Position numbers and translations under genes: made by a program. This document shows positions 1 through 11,332 of a stretch of DNA of 64,000 nucleotides, piece after piece. The notes below the pieces were generated by a model. The model worked only from the letters and a program-made list of their open reading frames with translations. It was not told the DNA's origin and did not search any database. This DNA comes from Monocercomonoides exilis PA203 (taxonomy: Eukaryota; Protista; Preaxostyla). Each line of letters starts with the position of its first letter. Positions within the stretch are counted from its first letter, which is position 1. The stretch covers positions 372,001 to 436,000 of the forward strand of contig LSRY02000029.1 in NCBI GenBank assembly GCA_001643675.2, written 5' to 3'.

Positions 1-8
1 AAGAAGAA

Positions 9-41
<33 letters not shown>

Positions 42-2742
42 GTGAATGATGAAAGAGAACGATGAAATGGTGAAATTTGAGTGAATGAGTTGGAAGTGTA
101 TTGAGCAGAAGGCATTGTTCGTGATGTGGTCAAGTGAAATTGTGAAGGTGACGTGTTTTGAGAAGAAATGAAGCTATTTGTTTGAAGTGGAGAAGTGAAC
201 TGTGGCATTATTGTTGCATTTGAAGAAGAAGAAGAAAGAAAAGAAGAAGAAGAAGAAGAAGAAGAATACACCAATGACTCAGGCGTTGCTTTTGTTGACA
301 AAAGAGCAATGAGTGAATGAGGATTGAGTGAATTTGAGTGAAAATGCGAATCTAAGCCACTTCTCTGGCTCATGTGCTGGTTGAGCAATCGTGTCAGCTG
401 GCAAAGAAGAGAAAACCCACTTCCGGCGCTTCGAAGAAGAGCAGCAATGTTTACAAGATATTTGGGAGAAGGTTGAATATTAGAAGAAAGTGATAATGAT
501 GAAGAGGAGAAAGAAGAAGATGATGATGTCTCAATCTGTTCACTTTGCTCTTCTTCAATGTCCATCCTTCCGCTTTCTTGTTCTGCATCCATCTGATTCT
601 GAAATGTCGAATTTTGCATTTTGTTTGTCGTATTTTGTGGAACAAGAACACTCCGAACAACAATCAAAGGATCGATTTCTGAGCGGAGGGTGGAAATGAC
701 AGGATGTGCGAGAGAGAAGAGAGAATGACGAATTTGTTGTGCTTTTTGTGTTTGCTGTGTTTGCTGTTTTTGCTGTGTTTGCTGAGAAGCTGATGTGAAT
801 GAACGAAGAGAAGGATTTGACAGTGTTTGTGAGGGAGAAAGAGAAGAAATGAGATTTGTGTTGTGAACAGGTGTTTGAGTGGGGAGTGTGTTTGTGCGAA
901 GGATTGCAGCGGATGAAGGAGAAAGAGACTGAGGTGGGATGTTCAATTGATTAGATAGAAGTGGATGAAATGATTGAAATGGCTGAAATGATGGATATGT
1001 TTGAAATGCCTGGCCTTGTGTCGATGATTGCAGCAAGAACGTATTCCACGCCAGTTCTGAGGCTGTCGATACTTCCGCTGATCGCACAGCTGCTTTTTGC
1101 TGCGTCTGAAGCAGTGTGTTCACAATCGAGTCGGCTGACAGAAAAGAAGAAGACAGCGGCAGGTTCAGCGCTACGTCCAGCGGATCTTTGTGGCTGATAT
1201 CTGTTTGCTCTTTCTGTGGAGTCTCGTTGGAAGACTTATCCTTCTTGTTGTTGTTGCTAATGTTGTATTGTGCCCCACTCATCGTGTCCACATTCGTCCA
1301 AAAGCGCCTCAAAGAAGCGACTTCGCCCAGACAGCGCTGAAGCATTGGCCCGATGGGGGATGAGAACAAATAGGCAGATGAAGAGAAAGAGGAAGTAAGA
1401 GAAGAGGGGAATGAAGAAACAGGTGGAATGGAAGAGGGTTGTGATGATGGTGGTGATGATGATGATAAAAAAGATGTTGAACGAACCAAAGAAGAAGAAG
1501 AGGACGATGTTTGTTGTGTGGAAGCTGATGAAGTGAAAGTTTGCCCAGCAGAAGATGTTGAAGAAGAAGACGAAGCAAATGCACTTTGAGGGAAGTAATT
1601 CAGCGAGCGCTGTGGGTAATTACGGAGCTGGCGTGAATGAAACAGCGATGTGGATGAAGTGAGTGGCTGATCAGAGGATGTGTCAAAGAATTGATAGATT
1701 GGAGGCGGAGGATGCTCCAGTGACTGTTGCTGCTGCTGTCTCTGTGATTGATTGTGAAGGTGAAAAAATGACTGGTCGTTGAATGAAAAGGAGGTTTCTT
1801 GTTTGGATGCCTCAGACGACGAATGTTGTTTGTACGGCTCCAATTTTGCTTCTTCTGCATTCAAGCAATTCTGTGCAGCCAATCTATCTTCATCGAGCTT
1901 TCGAGACAGCTCTGTCAAATTCTTCGCTCTTTCCATCCATTTTTTCTGAAGTGCTTGCATCTTGGCTAAATGATTCATAGTGATTTTTCTTTGAGAAATG
2001 CAATAACGACACAACGCAGAGTGAGTTGTTGGATTTCCTTTTGTTTGTGACAACAAGACAGAAGCCGAAGTCACTTTGGTCGAAGAAGTTGCAGGAAAAG
2101 TTTGTTGAGTCAAAGGATGACTAACAGATGTTGTTTGGATTCCAAGTGTTGGAAAAGACGTTGAGGTTGTAAGATTTAAAAAAGGAGTTGATGATGCCTT
2201 ATCTGGATACTTGCGTCTGAGTGTTGTTTCAAGTGCGCATACACTTAAATAGTAAATTAAATTAATAAATCTTTCTCCATGGCATGTTTTAAATTGAGAC
2301 TTCATAAATGTGTTCGGTGGAAGGAAACCTATGTTTAAATATTGAAAATTGAATTTATAAAACTTTATATAATATTAAAATTTTCTCCTAATATATACCT
2401 TGTTGTTGTAGAGCGAACAAAGCATCTTCTGCAACTTTTACAAACGCATTTGCTTGTGATTGTTCTCGAATTGGCCAAATTGATTTCATTACCTATAAAG
2501 GATAAATTTAAAAAATATAATTTTAGCTCATTAATAAATAAAAATTCACGAAAGCAAACAGGTTTAATAGCATCATTTCCAAAGATGCAACACAAAAAAA
2601 AATGTACAACATGCTGCATCCCATTTATGTTCATTTTTTCGAACATGTGAGGATTAAATGATATTCCTGTTTGCTTTTCCACTTCAATTTTATCAAATCC
2701 GAGTAATACCAAATTTGTGTACCATAAGGTCAATTTATCCAT
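1..2742 (-). CDS. HAUS6: Augmin/HAUS complex subunit 6-like protein with long Ser-rich C-terminal region (3' end outside window); exons 2742-2560, 2492-2399, 2328-<1
   Basis: Spliced translation MDKLTLWYTNLVLLGFD...MFEKMN...SIWPIREQSQANAFVK...LQQQGFLP...KTCHGERFINLIYYLSVCAL matches the HAUS6/AUG6 N-terminal domain as recalled (plant MYTNCLLLGLD, WPIFD, TCCGPRFVELLWQLS). Two GT-AG introns. The last exon appears to stay open to the window edge (spot-checked only). Confidence 0.8.
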
Positions 2743-2808
2743 GTGAAAAAGCAACAATTTTTTATCCTCGGATCAGTAGATGCCCAAAAGTTACTTGAAT
2801 TTTTTGCC

Positions 2809-5749
2809 ATGACCGAACTTCTTGCAGATGAGCTTAATTATTTGATTTATCGGTATCTAGTTGAAAATGGCATGCAAAGACTATTTTTATCAATATGTTA
2901 GATAATGAATATATGAATTTAATGTTCTTTACAGGCTATGCTCACTCAGCTTTTGCTTTTGCAAACGAATCCCTTGTCCTATCTGTTAATTTTGGTGAAA
3001 TTGATGCAGATTCAGGTCGATTGATTGAATTAATTCAAAAAGGCCTTCACTTTACAGAAATTGAAACTCATATTAAAAAGGTGTGCTGTCATTTTTTATA
3101 TTTTTAGTAAAAAATGTTGATTTTGAATACCACTTTTTGACAATTTTTATTTAAATTTCTTTTTAATAACTACTCTATTTTTTTGAAAGGATGGTACGGA
3201 AATAATATGCCCAGAGCCTTTTTCATTACTGAAGAAACATAGATGCAAAGTTGCTGGAACGAGACCATTTAAAAGCGATCCTTTAATGCCGTCGGTTATT
3301 TCAGCTGTAGAAATAGTTAAAAAGGGACCTGCTGTTGGAGAAGATAGGATTTGTCGACGAACAAGACAACAAGATCAGAATAACGATTCATCATCATGCA
3401 CATCAATAACACCAATATTGGCAAAATCAGGATCATCTGCAAGCTCATCAGACATTAAAAAACCATTACCGTTAACTATGGTTACTTTAGAAGGGATCAA
3501 AATTATTCCTGAAAGGCAATTAAAGTTGATTGGAACATCTGGTGAGACAACCGGCTGTGGGTGGAGCAAAATCCACAAGGGCTATGCAGCTACCTGTGAT
3601 TCGAATGGAGACTGCCGCATTTGGAACTTGAGTGCGTGCTTCTCAACAGCACCAGGAAGAGTAGGAAAGCTGCCTAATGTAACAGATAACATACTGGATG
3701 TCAGAGAAAAGCGTTCATCAGCCAGCTCGTCTCAAAGCACAAGTGTCATTATGAAGGCACCACAAGATTCAGGCATCACCACAACCCTGCTGAAAGTCAA
3801 AAGCAATGGAGCGTCTCAGATGAACGGGCTGGCAACAGTCGATTGGTCGAGCGACGGAGAAAAGCTGGCAATGGGCGGGTTTGACGGCAAAGCAACCATC
3901 TTTGGGTTAAATGGTATGTGTTGTCTATTCGTCATTTTATCTTTTGGAAAATGATTTTTTTTTTTTTTTAATAATGAATTTTATGGTTGTTATAATTTTA
4001 TCTTATCTTTTTTGTTATTTTTAATTTTTATTTAATTTTATGTTTTCTTTTTTTATAAATATAACATCCACCATTTCCATCATACTCTAATTCATCCACA
4101 GGAAACGAGATTGCACACACTTGTCCGATGTCTGAGCCAGTGATGTCGTTGAAGTTCAACAAGGCCAGCAATCTCCTTATGTCTGGCTCAACAGACTCAT
4201 TCTGCGCCATCTGGGCATTTGGCAACACCACATCAACATCTTCTTCCTCTTCCTCTTCCTCTTCCTCTTCTCCTCTTGTTGAACCTTCTTCTCTCTCATC
4301 TTTGACATCCTTGACATCTTCTTCTTCTTCTTCTTCTTCTTCTTCTTCTGCCTCCTCTTCCTCTTTCTCCTCCTCCTCTTCTTCTTCCACACCCCTATCA
4401 CACACACCAGGCCTCTCCGATTTTACCGGCAAGCTGCACCCCTCCTTCATTTCATCCCCCGTCGCTGTCGAGATGGCCTCCCGCTCCGACAACGCTGTGC
4501 TCCTCCACGTCATCGACTCGCAGCGCTCTGCTCTGATGGACTTCGACTGGCGCGACGACTACTCCTTCTCCACGTCCTCTGCAAGAGGCACGGCTGACCT
4601 CTTCCACATCGGCTGCCCTTCCCCCGTTGCCTTGTTCACAGGACACACAGGAGAAGTCAACAGCGTCAAGTGGAATGCCTCGGGAGAGTACCTGGCCACT
4701 GGGTCAGACGACGCTACTGTCTGCATTTGGCACCCGGACATCCCCAGATTCACGGGGATTGCGCCGTGTGAGGGAACTGGTGGTATTTCTGGTGTTTCTG
4801 GTGTTGATGTTGTGAGTGGTGTTGGAGCTGGAGCTGATGTGAAGTCAGAATTAGACAGACTGACACTCTCAGCTTCGACTTTATCTTCTTCTTCTTCTTC
4901 TTCTTCAATGCCATCATCATCAACATTAACATCTTCTTCCTCTTCTTCCTCCTCCAAGACAAAGAAGTACGCTATTCCCTTGCAGACGCTCCGCCATTCT
5001 AAGCCTGTGTATGTTGTGCGATGGACGCCCACTGGGAAAGGCACAGCCAATCCGAACATGCCTCTGAGGCTGGTCACGTCGTGCTTCGACTGCTCGGTCT
5101 CTCTGTGGGACTGCAGCACTGCCACAAAACTGTACTCGTTCGAAGGGCATCAGTATGTGTAGTTGTTGAGGGGAGGAAGTGGAGGTGGTGGTTGATGGTT
5201 GATGGTTGATGGATTGGGGTTTTATTATTATGATTATTTTTATTATTAAGCTTATTGATTTTAGTTTTATTTTGGTTATTCCGTTTGTGCCTGTGTATTT
5301 TTATTTTATATTTTTATTTATTTTTTTGTGAATAAATTTATTTGCTAATTTAAAAATTTTTTTCTTTTCGAATTGCTTAGCGAGCCTGTTCATACTCTTG
5401 CGTTCAGCCACGATGGCAAAATATTGGCAACTGCCTCGATGGACAATGTTGTTCAGCTGTGGTCCGTTAATGTTTGTCATATTATTTATCCTTCTTCTTC
5501 TCCTTTTTAAACTGTAATTTTTTTTTTTTGAATATTTCTGTGAAAAAATTGCTGCAAAATATGTTCAATACTTTCTACAAAATAAAAATGTGGTAATGAT
5601 ATTTATTTGCATTCTTCTAGGATGGGAAGCACATAGCAGTAATTTCTGATGTTGGAGAAGTAAATGACCTTTCATGGAGTCCGGATGACTATTGGCTCAT
5701 GGTTGTATCTTCATCATCGCTTCTGCTTGTTGATATGAGAATGATGTAA
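2809..5749 (+). CDS. TBL1: TBL1/Sif2/HOS15-like LisH + WD40 corepressor subunit; exons about 2809-2869, 2935-3080, 3190-3913, 4102-5152, 5381-5471, 5621-5749
   Basis: N-terminus MTELLADELNYLIYRYLVENGYAHSAFAFANES...LIELIQKGLHFTEIE is the TBL1 LisH signature. WD repeats include GHTGEVNSVKWNASGEYLATGSDD and the TBL1-typical RWTPTGKGTANPN. The first intron is GC-AG. Confidence 0.9.
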
Positions 5750-5942
5750 TTTATCACTTCACTTTTTTGTCTTTATGCTATAATATTTAACATTTTCTGA
5801 TTTTATTTTTATCAAACATTTTTACCGAAACAAAAAGTTAAAATTACATTTTTATGAGATTAATTAGGTTATTTCATTTTTGCTTTTCTAGGTTGTGGTT
5901 ATTCTGATCAAGATAATTTTTGATTAAATTTCTAAATACACA

Positions 5943-6710
5943 ATGACAGACATTAAACCGCTTGCATTAAGAGCTTTGCATGTTATGGATTTGACAACAT
6001 TGAACGATAATGACACTGATGAAAAAGTGATTTCATTATGCAAACAAGCAAAAAGTCCATATGGAAATACTGCTGCAGTTTGTGTGTATCCTCGTTTTGT
6101 TCCCATCGCAAAGAAAACCCTTCGCGAGCAAGGAACTCCAGAAATTAAAGTTGCAACTGTTACTAACTTCCCTCACGGAAATCCAGACGTTGAAATTGCT
6201 CTCGCCGAAACTCGTGCCTCAATTGCTTATGGAGCTGACGAAGTCGATGTCGTATTCCCCTATAAATCTTTAATTGCTGGAGATGAAAAAGTTGGTTTTG
6301 AACTTGTCAAAGCATGCAAAGAAGCTTGCGAAGCCGCAAAGATTCATTTGAAAGTGATCATTGAGTCTGGAGAACTGAAAGATCCTGCATTGATAAGAAA
6401 AGCTTCTGAAATTTCTATTGACGCAGGAGCAGACTTTATTAAAACGTCTACTGGAAAAGTTGCTGTTAATGCAACTCTTGAAAGTGCAGAAATTATGATG
6501 AAAACAATTTCCGATAAAGGCGTAAAAGATCGCGTTGGATTCAAAGCCGCAGGTGGTGTTCGAACAGCAGAAGATGCTGCGAAATATCTTGAACTTGCCG
6601 ATAAGATTATGGGAGAAGGATGGGCAACATCAGCAAAATTCCGTTTTGGAGCTTCTGGCCTTCTCGGGAGTCTTCTTAAAGCGCTTGGTGAAGGAGAGAA
6701 GAAAGAGTAA
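5943..6710 (+). CDS. deoC: 2-deoxyribose-5-phosphate aldolase (DERA), intronless, gammaproteobacterial type
   Basis: Motifs [46 protein letters not shown] (Schiff-base Lys), [10 protein letters not shown] and FRFGASGLL. Collinear with E. coli-type DeoC over its full length. Confidence 0.97.
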   Translation: MTDIKPLALRALHVMDLTTLNDNDTDEKVISLCKQAKSPYGNTAAVCVYPRFVPIAKKTLREQGTPEIKVATVTNFPHGNPDVEIALAETRASIAYGADEVDVVFPYKSLIAGDEKVGFELVKACKEACEAAKIHLKVIIESGELKDPALIRKASEISIDAGADFIKTSTGKVAVNATLESAEIMMKTISDKGVKDRVGFKAAGGVRTAEDAAKYLELADKIMGEGWATSAKFRFGASGLLGSLLKALGEGEKKE

Positions 6711-6921
6711 ATCGTGTATGACGATTACATGAGCGAATAAAAGGAATCAAAACTGTTGATATGTTGCTTGTGAAGTTTTATTTAACTGAAAACAATATTC
6801 AAAAAAATTCATGAGATATTTGAAGTGGGTGTGTTGAGTTGAAAATTTATTTTTACATGTTTCGTTTCAACGTTATGGGAAATTGAATCCTAATGTTACG
6901 AATTGTTAACGTGATTTGCGT

Positions 6922-8693
6922 TCATTTCTCTTTATTGGCTTTTATGCATTCACTTTGGTGTTCAACATGAATTGAGCTCGAAACGTTTTTTTGTTGTTTT
7001 TTCTTAGAATCCAGCTTTTGCTTTAAAACTGAAATGAATCTTGCAATTGGTGCAAATACGATTGGAATAAGCAACGGGGCATAGAGCGCAAACAAGTGAT
7101 CGGAAGGAGCAGGCGTTCTGGGTGAGGCAGATTCGTCGTTTGTCAATCGCTCAAAGATAAGTGCAGATTGAGTAAATGCTTCAAGAGCATCAAATATCCG
7201 ATTGTTGGTTGGTTGATCTTCTGAGAAAGAAGCAAGAGCAATTCCCTTGTTTAGATAGGATATGCCCAAAGGCAATAGTCGTTTTCGAAGAGCTAAATAA
7301 TCGGCCCGATCTTGAAAAAAGGGTTCCTGCGATTTAACAATTGACAAAGCATTTACGCAAAATTCATGCAAATACCTAATTCTCGAAAGAAGAAGAAGGT
7401 CGCTTTCCCAATCAGCCAAAGGTGCATCCTAATTTTGAAAATGGTGGAGAGATGAATGTCCCCAATCGATCATGAGAAAATTCAAAAATAAAGACTATTA
7501 AAAAGTATTAAAAGTTCATACGGTTACTGACAATCCCAATTGAGCACGAATTATCTTGTTAAAATTTCTTGAAATTGTTTGGTTGTCTTCTTTTGTAAGC
7601 AAAGAATTGTTGAAAGGCGTATGGAGGCTGTGAGAATTTATATTAAGTTTAAGAACACTTCCCCACTGATTTACATTAAATGCCTCGACGTTATTTAAAT
7701 AATTGTGATCGTTCGTTAAATTGTTCTTGCTGTGCATTTTTGTGTCAAAGTAAATTAGTATATGTCGAAGAACTACTCCAACAAATCCATCGGATATTTC
7801 TTTTTCGTTCACAACAGAAGGAAGATTTTTTTCGTTAACAGTGGAACGCCCCCGTTGCATTTTGAACAAAATATCGTTCTGCATCATAAATTGATGATCA
7901 ACAGTGACATCTAAATTAGTTAATTGAGAAAGAATTGGAAACGATTCAACTAAAACTGCAACAAAATTTAAAAAAATTCCATGAAACAGTTTAACAAACA
8001 TTTTTTGAACTCTTCATTGCTGCGACTCTGTCCTTCAAAAGGTAAGGTATCATGCACTAAATGAAGAGCAAAGTGTTGTTGTTGCAACCCAATGTCATTT
8101 TTTCCAATTCTTGGAACAATAATTTTTCCCGAAAGATCATTCAATATTAAAGATGGAACATCCTTGACATCAACATTCTGTGGGATATGAACAAAGAAAA
8201 TTCTATTTGGATTTGAATTTGTATTGTGTAAGCTTCCGTTATTATAACTTTTTTTGCATTTTTTTGAATCATTTACAATAATAATTGAATATGAACCAAT
8301 AGACTCATTCAGAAATTCACTATTCGCAAAATTTTGTTTCATAATCTCTTCATCTTCACAAACTTGAATCTGTTTTGAATTTATAGGAAGCTGAAAACTT
8401 TTAAAATGTGGAACGCAGGAGGATAAGCTTGAAGCTTCCAAAGACGTACTCGCGAGGTCACGTAGATAAGAAGCATTTATATGGTCTTCATCAGAAAAGA
8501 TATTTAGCGATTGAGGGAAAGCACAGGATAATGTTGAAACATGACATTTTTTGTCTAATTGAAAGCTGAACATATAATAATCCCTTGACAAATGTTTCAC
8601 GCACCATATAACAAATACTATAGAATATTGCAAAAGCAAAATAATAAGTGCCGCCTCATTGCGCGATATTTGAAAAGAAAACCATTTTTTCAT
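6922..8693 (-). CDS. PIGS: GPI transamidase subunit PIG-S/Gpi17-like; exons 8693-8000, 7955-7522, 7428-6922
   Basis: N-terminal TM, a WESDLLL motif and C-terminal DHLFALYAPLLIPIVFAP followed by a basic tail resemble the PIG-S end. The three ORFs are joined by GT-AG introns (7999-7956, 7521-7429). Confidence 0.7.
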
Positions 8694-8895
8694 GGATCAT
8701 TAATAAAAGTAAGGGAAATTCAACAATAAATAAGTTTATGAATATCGTTTTGCTTCCAAGACGCACAGATGCGTATGAAAAAGAAATGGAATTTTTACTA
8801 AAAACATTACAAATTTCGTGAAATGGCTGATAAGACGAAGAAAAATCATGATGTGGAATGGAACTTACACATTGTGAAGTGTGATTCAAAAACGA

Positions 8896-9402
8896 TCATT
8901 GACCTGTTGGCAACGGTTCCATAGCCGCTAATGCTTGAATCATCTGCTGTTGTTCAGCCTCCAATTTGATTAGTGAATCTAATTCAGCTTTAAGACGTTG
9001 TAATTCAGTGTTTCTATCCATAAGCAAAGCTTCTAATTCAAATTTTCTCCTTGTGCGATATTCTGATTCGCTAGCAAGAATATTTCTGAAACCCATTGCC
9101 TGAGTTAAAAAATTGTTTATTAATAAAAAAACTTTTCGAAAAGGATCCACACTTTTGTCTTTTCTTGTTCCGTCTGTTGTGCCATCTTGTCAACGTATTC
9201 AACATAGCCGAAAACTGTTTCTGCAAACTTATCAATTTCTGTATTTAAAAGATGGAAATAACATATTGAAACAATTAGAAAAATTCGAACTGGTTGAAAA
9301 AGTTTGCGTCTGATTAACTAAATTTTTTGATTGATCGGCTTTCTTTGCTGGCATAACGTGCAATTGCCCCAATTCATCCACATCAAAAAGATCATTTTCC
9401 AT
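8896..9402 (-). CDS. IFT20: Intraflagellar transport protein 20 (two introns)
   Basis: MENDLFDVDELGQLHVMP...AMGFRNILASESEYR...LQRLKAELDSLIKLEAEQQQMIQAL matches the IFT20 motifs FDELNKLRVL, AIGARNLL and EYEALCKVEAEQ. Confidence 0.9.
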
Positions 9403-10026
9403 TTTGTTTGCAAAAAACTTAAATTATGGTTAAAAGAAGTTTTAAAATTAAAAAATCTTCGAAATGTTTTTTGAAATATCGATTATTAATTTTCTTTTGA
9501 TAAAAAGATCAAATTTACCTTTTCAGCTTCAAAAAAAAAAAAACAAAGAAAGAAAAACACTGACGTACACAAAATACACTAGCGCACTTTATAATAAAAA
9601 TTACTGTATGTCACTTTGATTTACGTTTTGTTTTTTGATATATTCAATAAATTATCTATCTTTTTATAATGCTATTTTGAAGTGGACAATCCATCGAAAA
9701 TTCACTTTATCAGTATTATTGAACTTCTTGTTCCACAAAAAGAAAAAATAATTATTTTATATAACTTAAATCATGATATAATGTTAATTAGCACACACTT
9801 CACATGCTTTTGCAAAATGAAAATTTTTATCCTTTTTTAAATGTGACTTTTCGCCAAAGTTATAAAAAAAAGTTTTCTTTCAAAGTGGTAACAAGACATT
9901 TTCGGTTTCAAAAAATATTCTGATGTGAGTGATTACACATAATAATGATTGACAAATTAGTGATATCGTATTTATAAAGATCTCTTTTAAGGAAATGTGT
10001 TTATCTCAAGTTTTTTTCGATGTTCA

Positions 10027-10381
10027 GTTTGTGCATAAAAATACCGGACAAGATCGATTTCACAATAACTGTAATAGGAATAATTCTGGCAATTTTCCTC
10101 AAAATATATCTCACCAATACAAACTCATTTGAAAAACAAGACTTCACTTCAGCTTTATTTGTGCTCGGAAAAAATTATTTCCAAAATAACAGAGAAATAG
10201 GATTTTGTGTTTCTCCGAGACCAAAAAAAATAGTTTTTTTCGAGCACAATCGAGGAAGTCATTAAAGTCTCGTTTCTCAAATGAGTTTGTATTGATGAGA
10301 TATATTTTATGGAAAATCGTCAGAATTATTTCTATTGCAGTTATTGTGAAATCGATCTTGTCAGGTATTTTTTGCACAAAC
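10027..10381. mobile_element. About 355-bp imperfect palindrome (foldback/MITE-like element)
   Basis: 10027-~10146 is the reverse complement of ~10262-10381 with scattered mismatches; both strands give the ORF peptide KIPDKIDFTIT. An inner arm TTGTGCTCG-A-tract and an inner GAGAAA/TTTCTC pair continue the stem. No TSD is visible. Confidence 0.65.
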
Positions 10382-10779
10382 TTTATTTTGTGTTTCAGAA
10401 AAGAAATTCATAATATCATCAGATCACTGTTCTCACATGTGAGATTTCACTGGTATTAAAAATAATGCTCGAAAATGTAATATATTCCATTTCAGTTAAT
10501 TTTCTTGATTGAGAACAGAAATTTGGGCGAGATATAACCTGGTTGACAGAAGAGTTAAGAAAAATGGCAAATGCTAAATGTTGAGTTTTCTTTTTCTAAT
10601 AACCTTAAAATTCTTTTTATTCGGCGAAGTTTCTTCTGTCATAATCTATTTCAATGGAGATAAAAATAAAAAAAATTGGGTACGATCATTGAAAATATTT
10701 GCATTTTTTCATATCTCTTCATATGTCTTCCAAACATTGATGAACTCTGTTGTTGACTTATTTAATTTTGTTGTTAATA

Positions 10780-11039
10780 TGGGTGATTACTTATGAAATT
10801 ATATCTTTTTTCGTGGTATTTATAAAAAAAGTCGTCCAATGTTTTTTGAAAAATATTTTTTCAAACAAATGAGAAAATTATAATTATTGTTCCATAAGCT
10901 AATGCCTGAGACAAATGCAAGAGAAAAAATATCAACGAAATTGCTTTTTTCCTTTTCAGCGCACATTCTTAATGTTCGAAACAAATTTTTAAGTCGAAAT
11001 ATCAAATTGAAATTATATGATTTTAAAAATTATCACCCA
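10780..11039. mobile_element. About 260-bp degenerate MITE-like element with TA flanks
   Basis: TA|TGGGTGAT...ATCACCCA|TA, with about 35-45 bp of imperfect terminal inverted repeat (TGGGTGATTACTTATGAAATTATAT vs reverse complement TGGGTGATAATTTTTAAAATCATAT). Confidence 0.5.
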
Positions 11040-11116
11040 TATACATGATTTTCACCATGACAAAAATTGCAAAATTTGTGGTGGTTGTTGATTAGCAACA
11101 GACAGAAACAATTTTT

Positions 11117-11158
<42 letters not shown>

Positions 11159-11167
11159 AAAAAAAAA
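11117..11167. repeat. Poly(A) tract
   Basis: Near-uninterrupted A run in intergenic DNA. Confidence 0.9.
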
Positions 11168-11332
11168 CAATTGAATGAAAAACTGAAACTTAACATAATT
11201 ACAATAAACGTTGGCGACTGAATGTCAGAAAACATTTTTTGATATAATTTTTTGATTGTTCAAGTTATTCTGATTCTAAATTTTGACTTCAAGAAAATCA
11301 TTAAGGTTCAAATACTTATTTCGTTATGTGTT

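Noticed and set aside
5943-6710. deoC as bacterial contamination
   Set aside because: There is no deo operon context, and it has AT-rich host-like codon usage with tight eukaryotic flanking genes. Read-level confirmation is still advisable.
7956-8001. Frameshift or programmed recoding between overlapping PIG-S ORFs
   Set aside because: It is explained by a 44-nt GTTTGT...TTGCAG intron that restores the frame.
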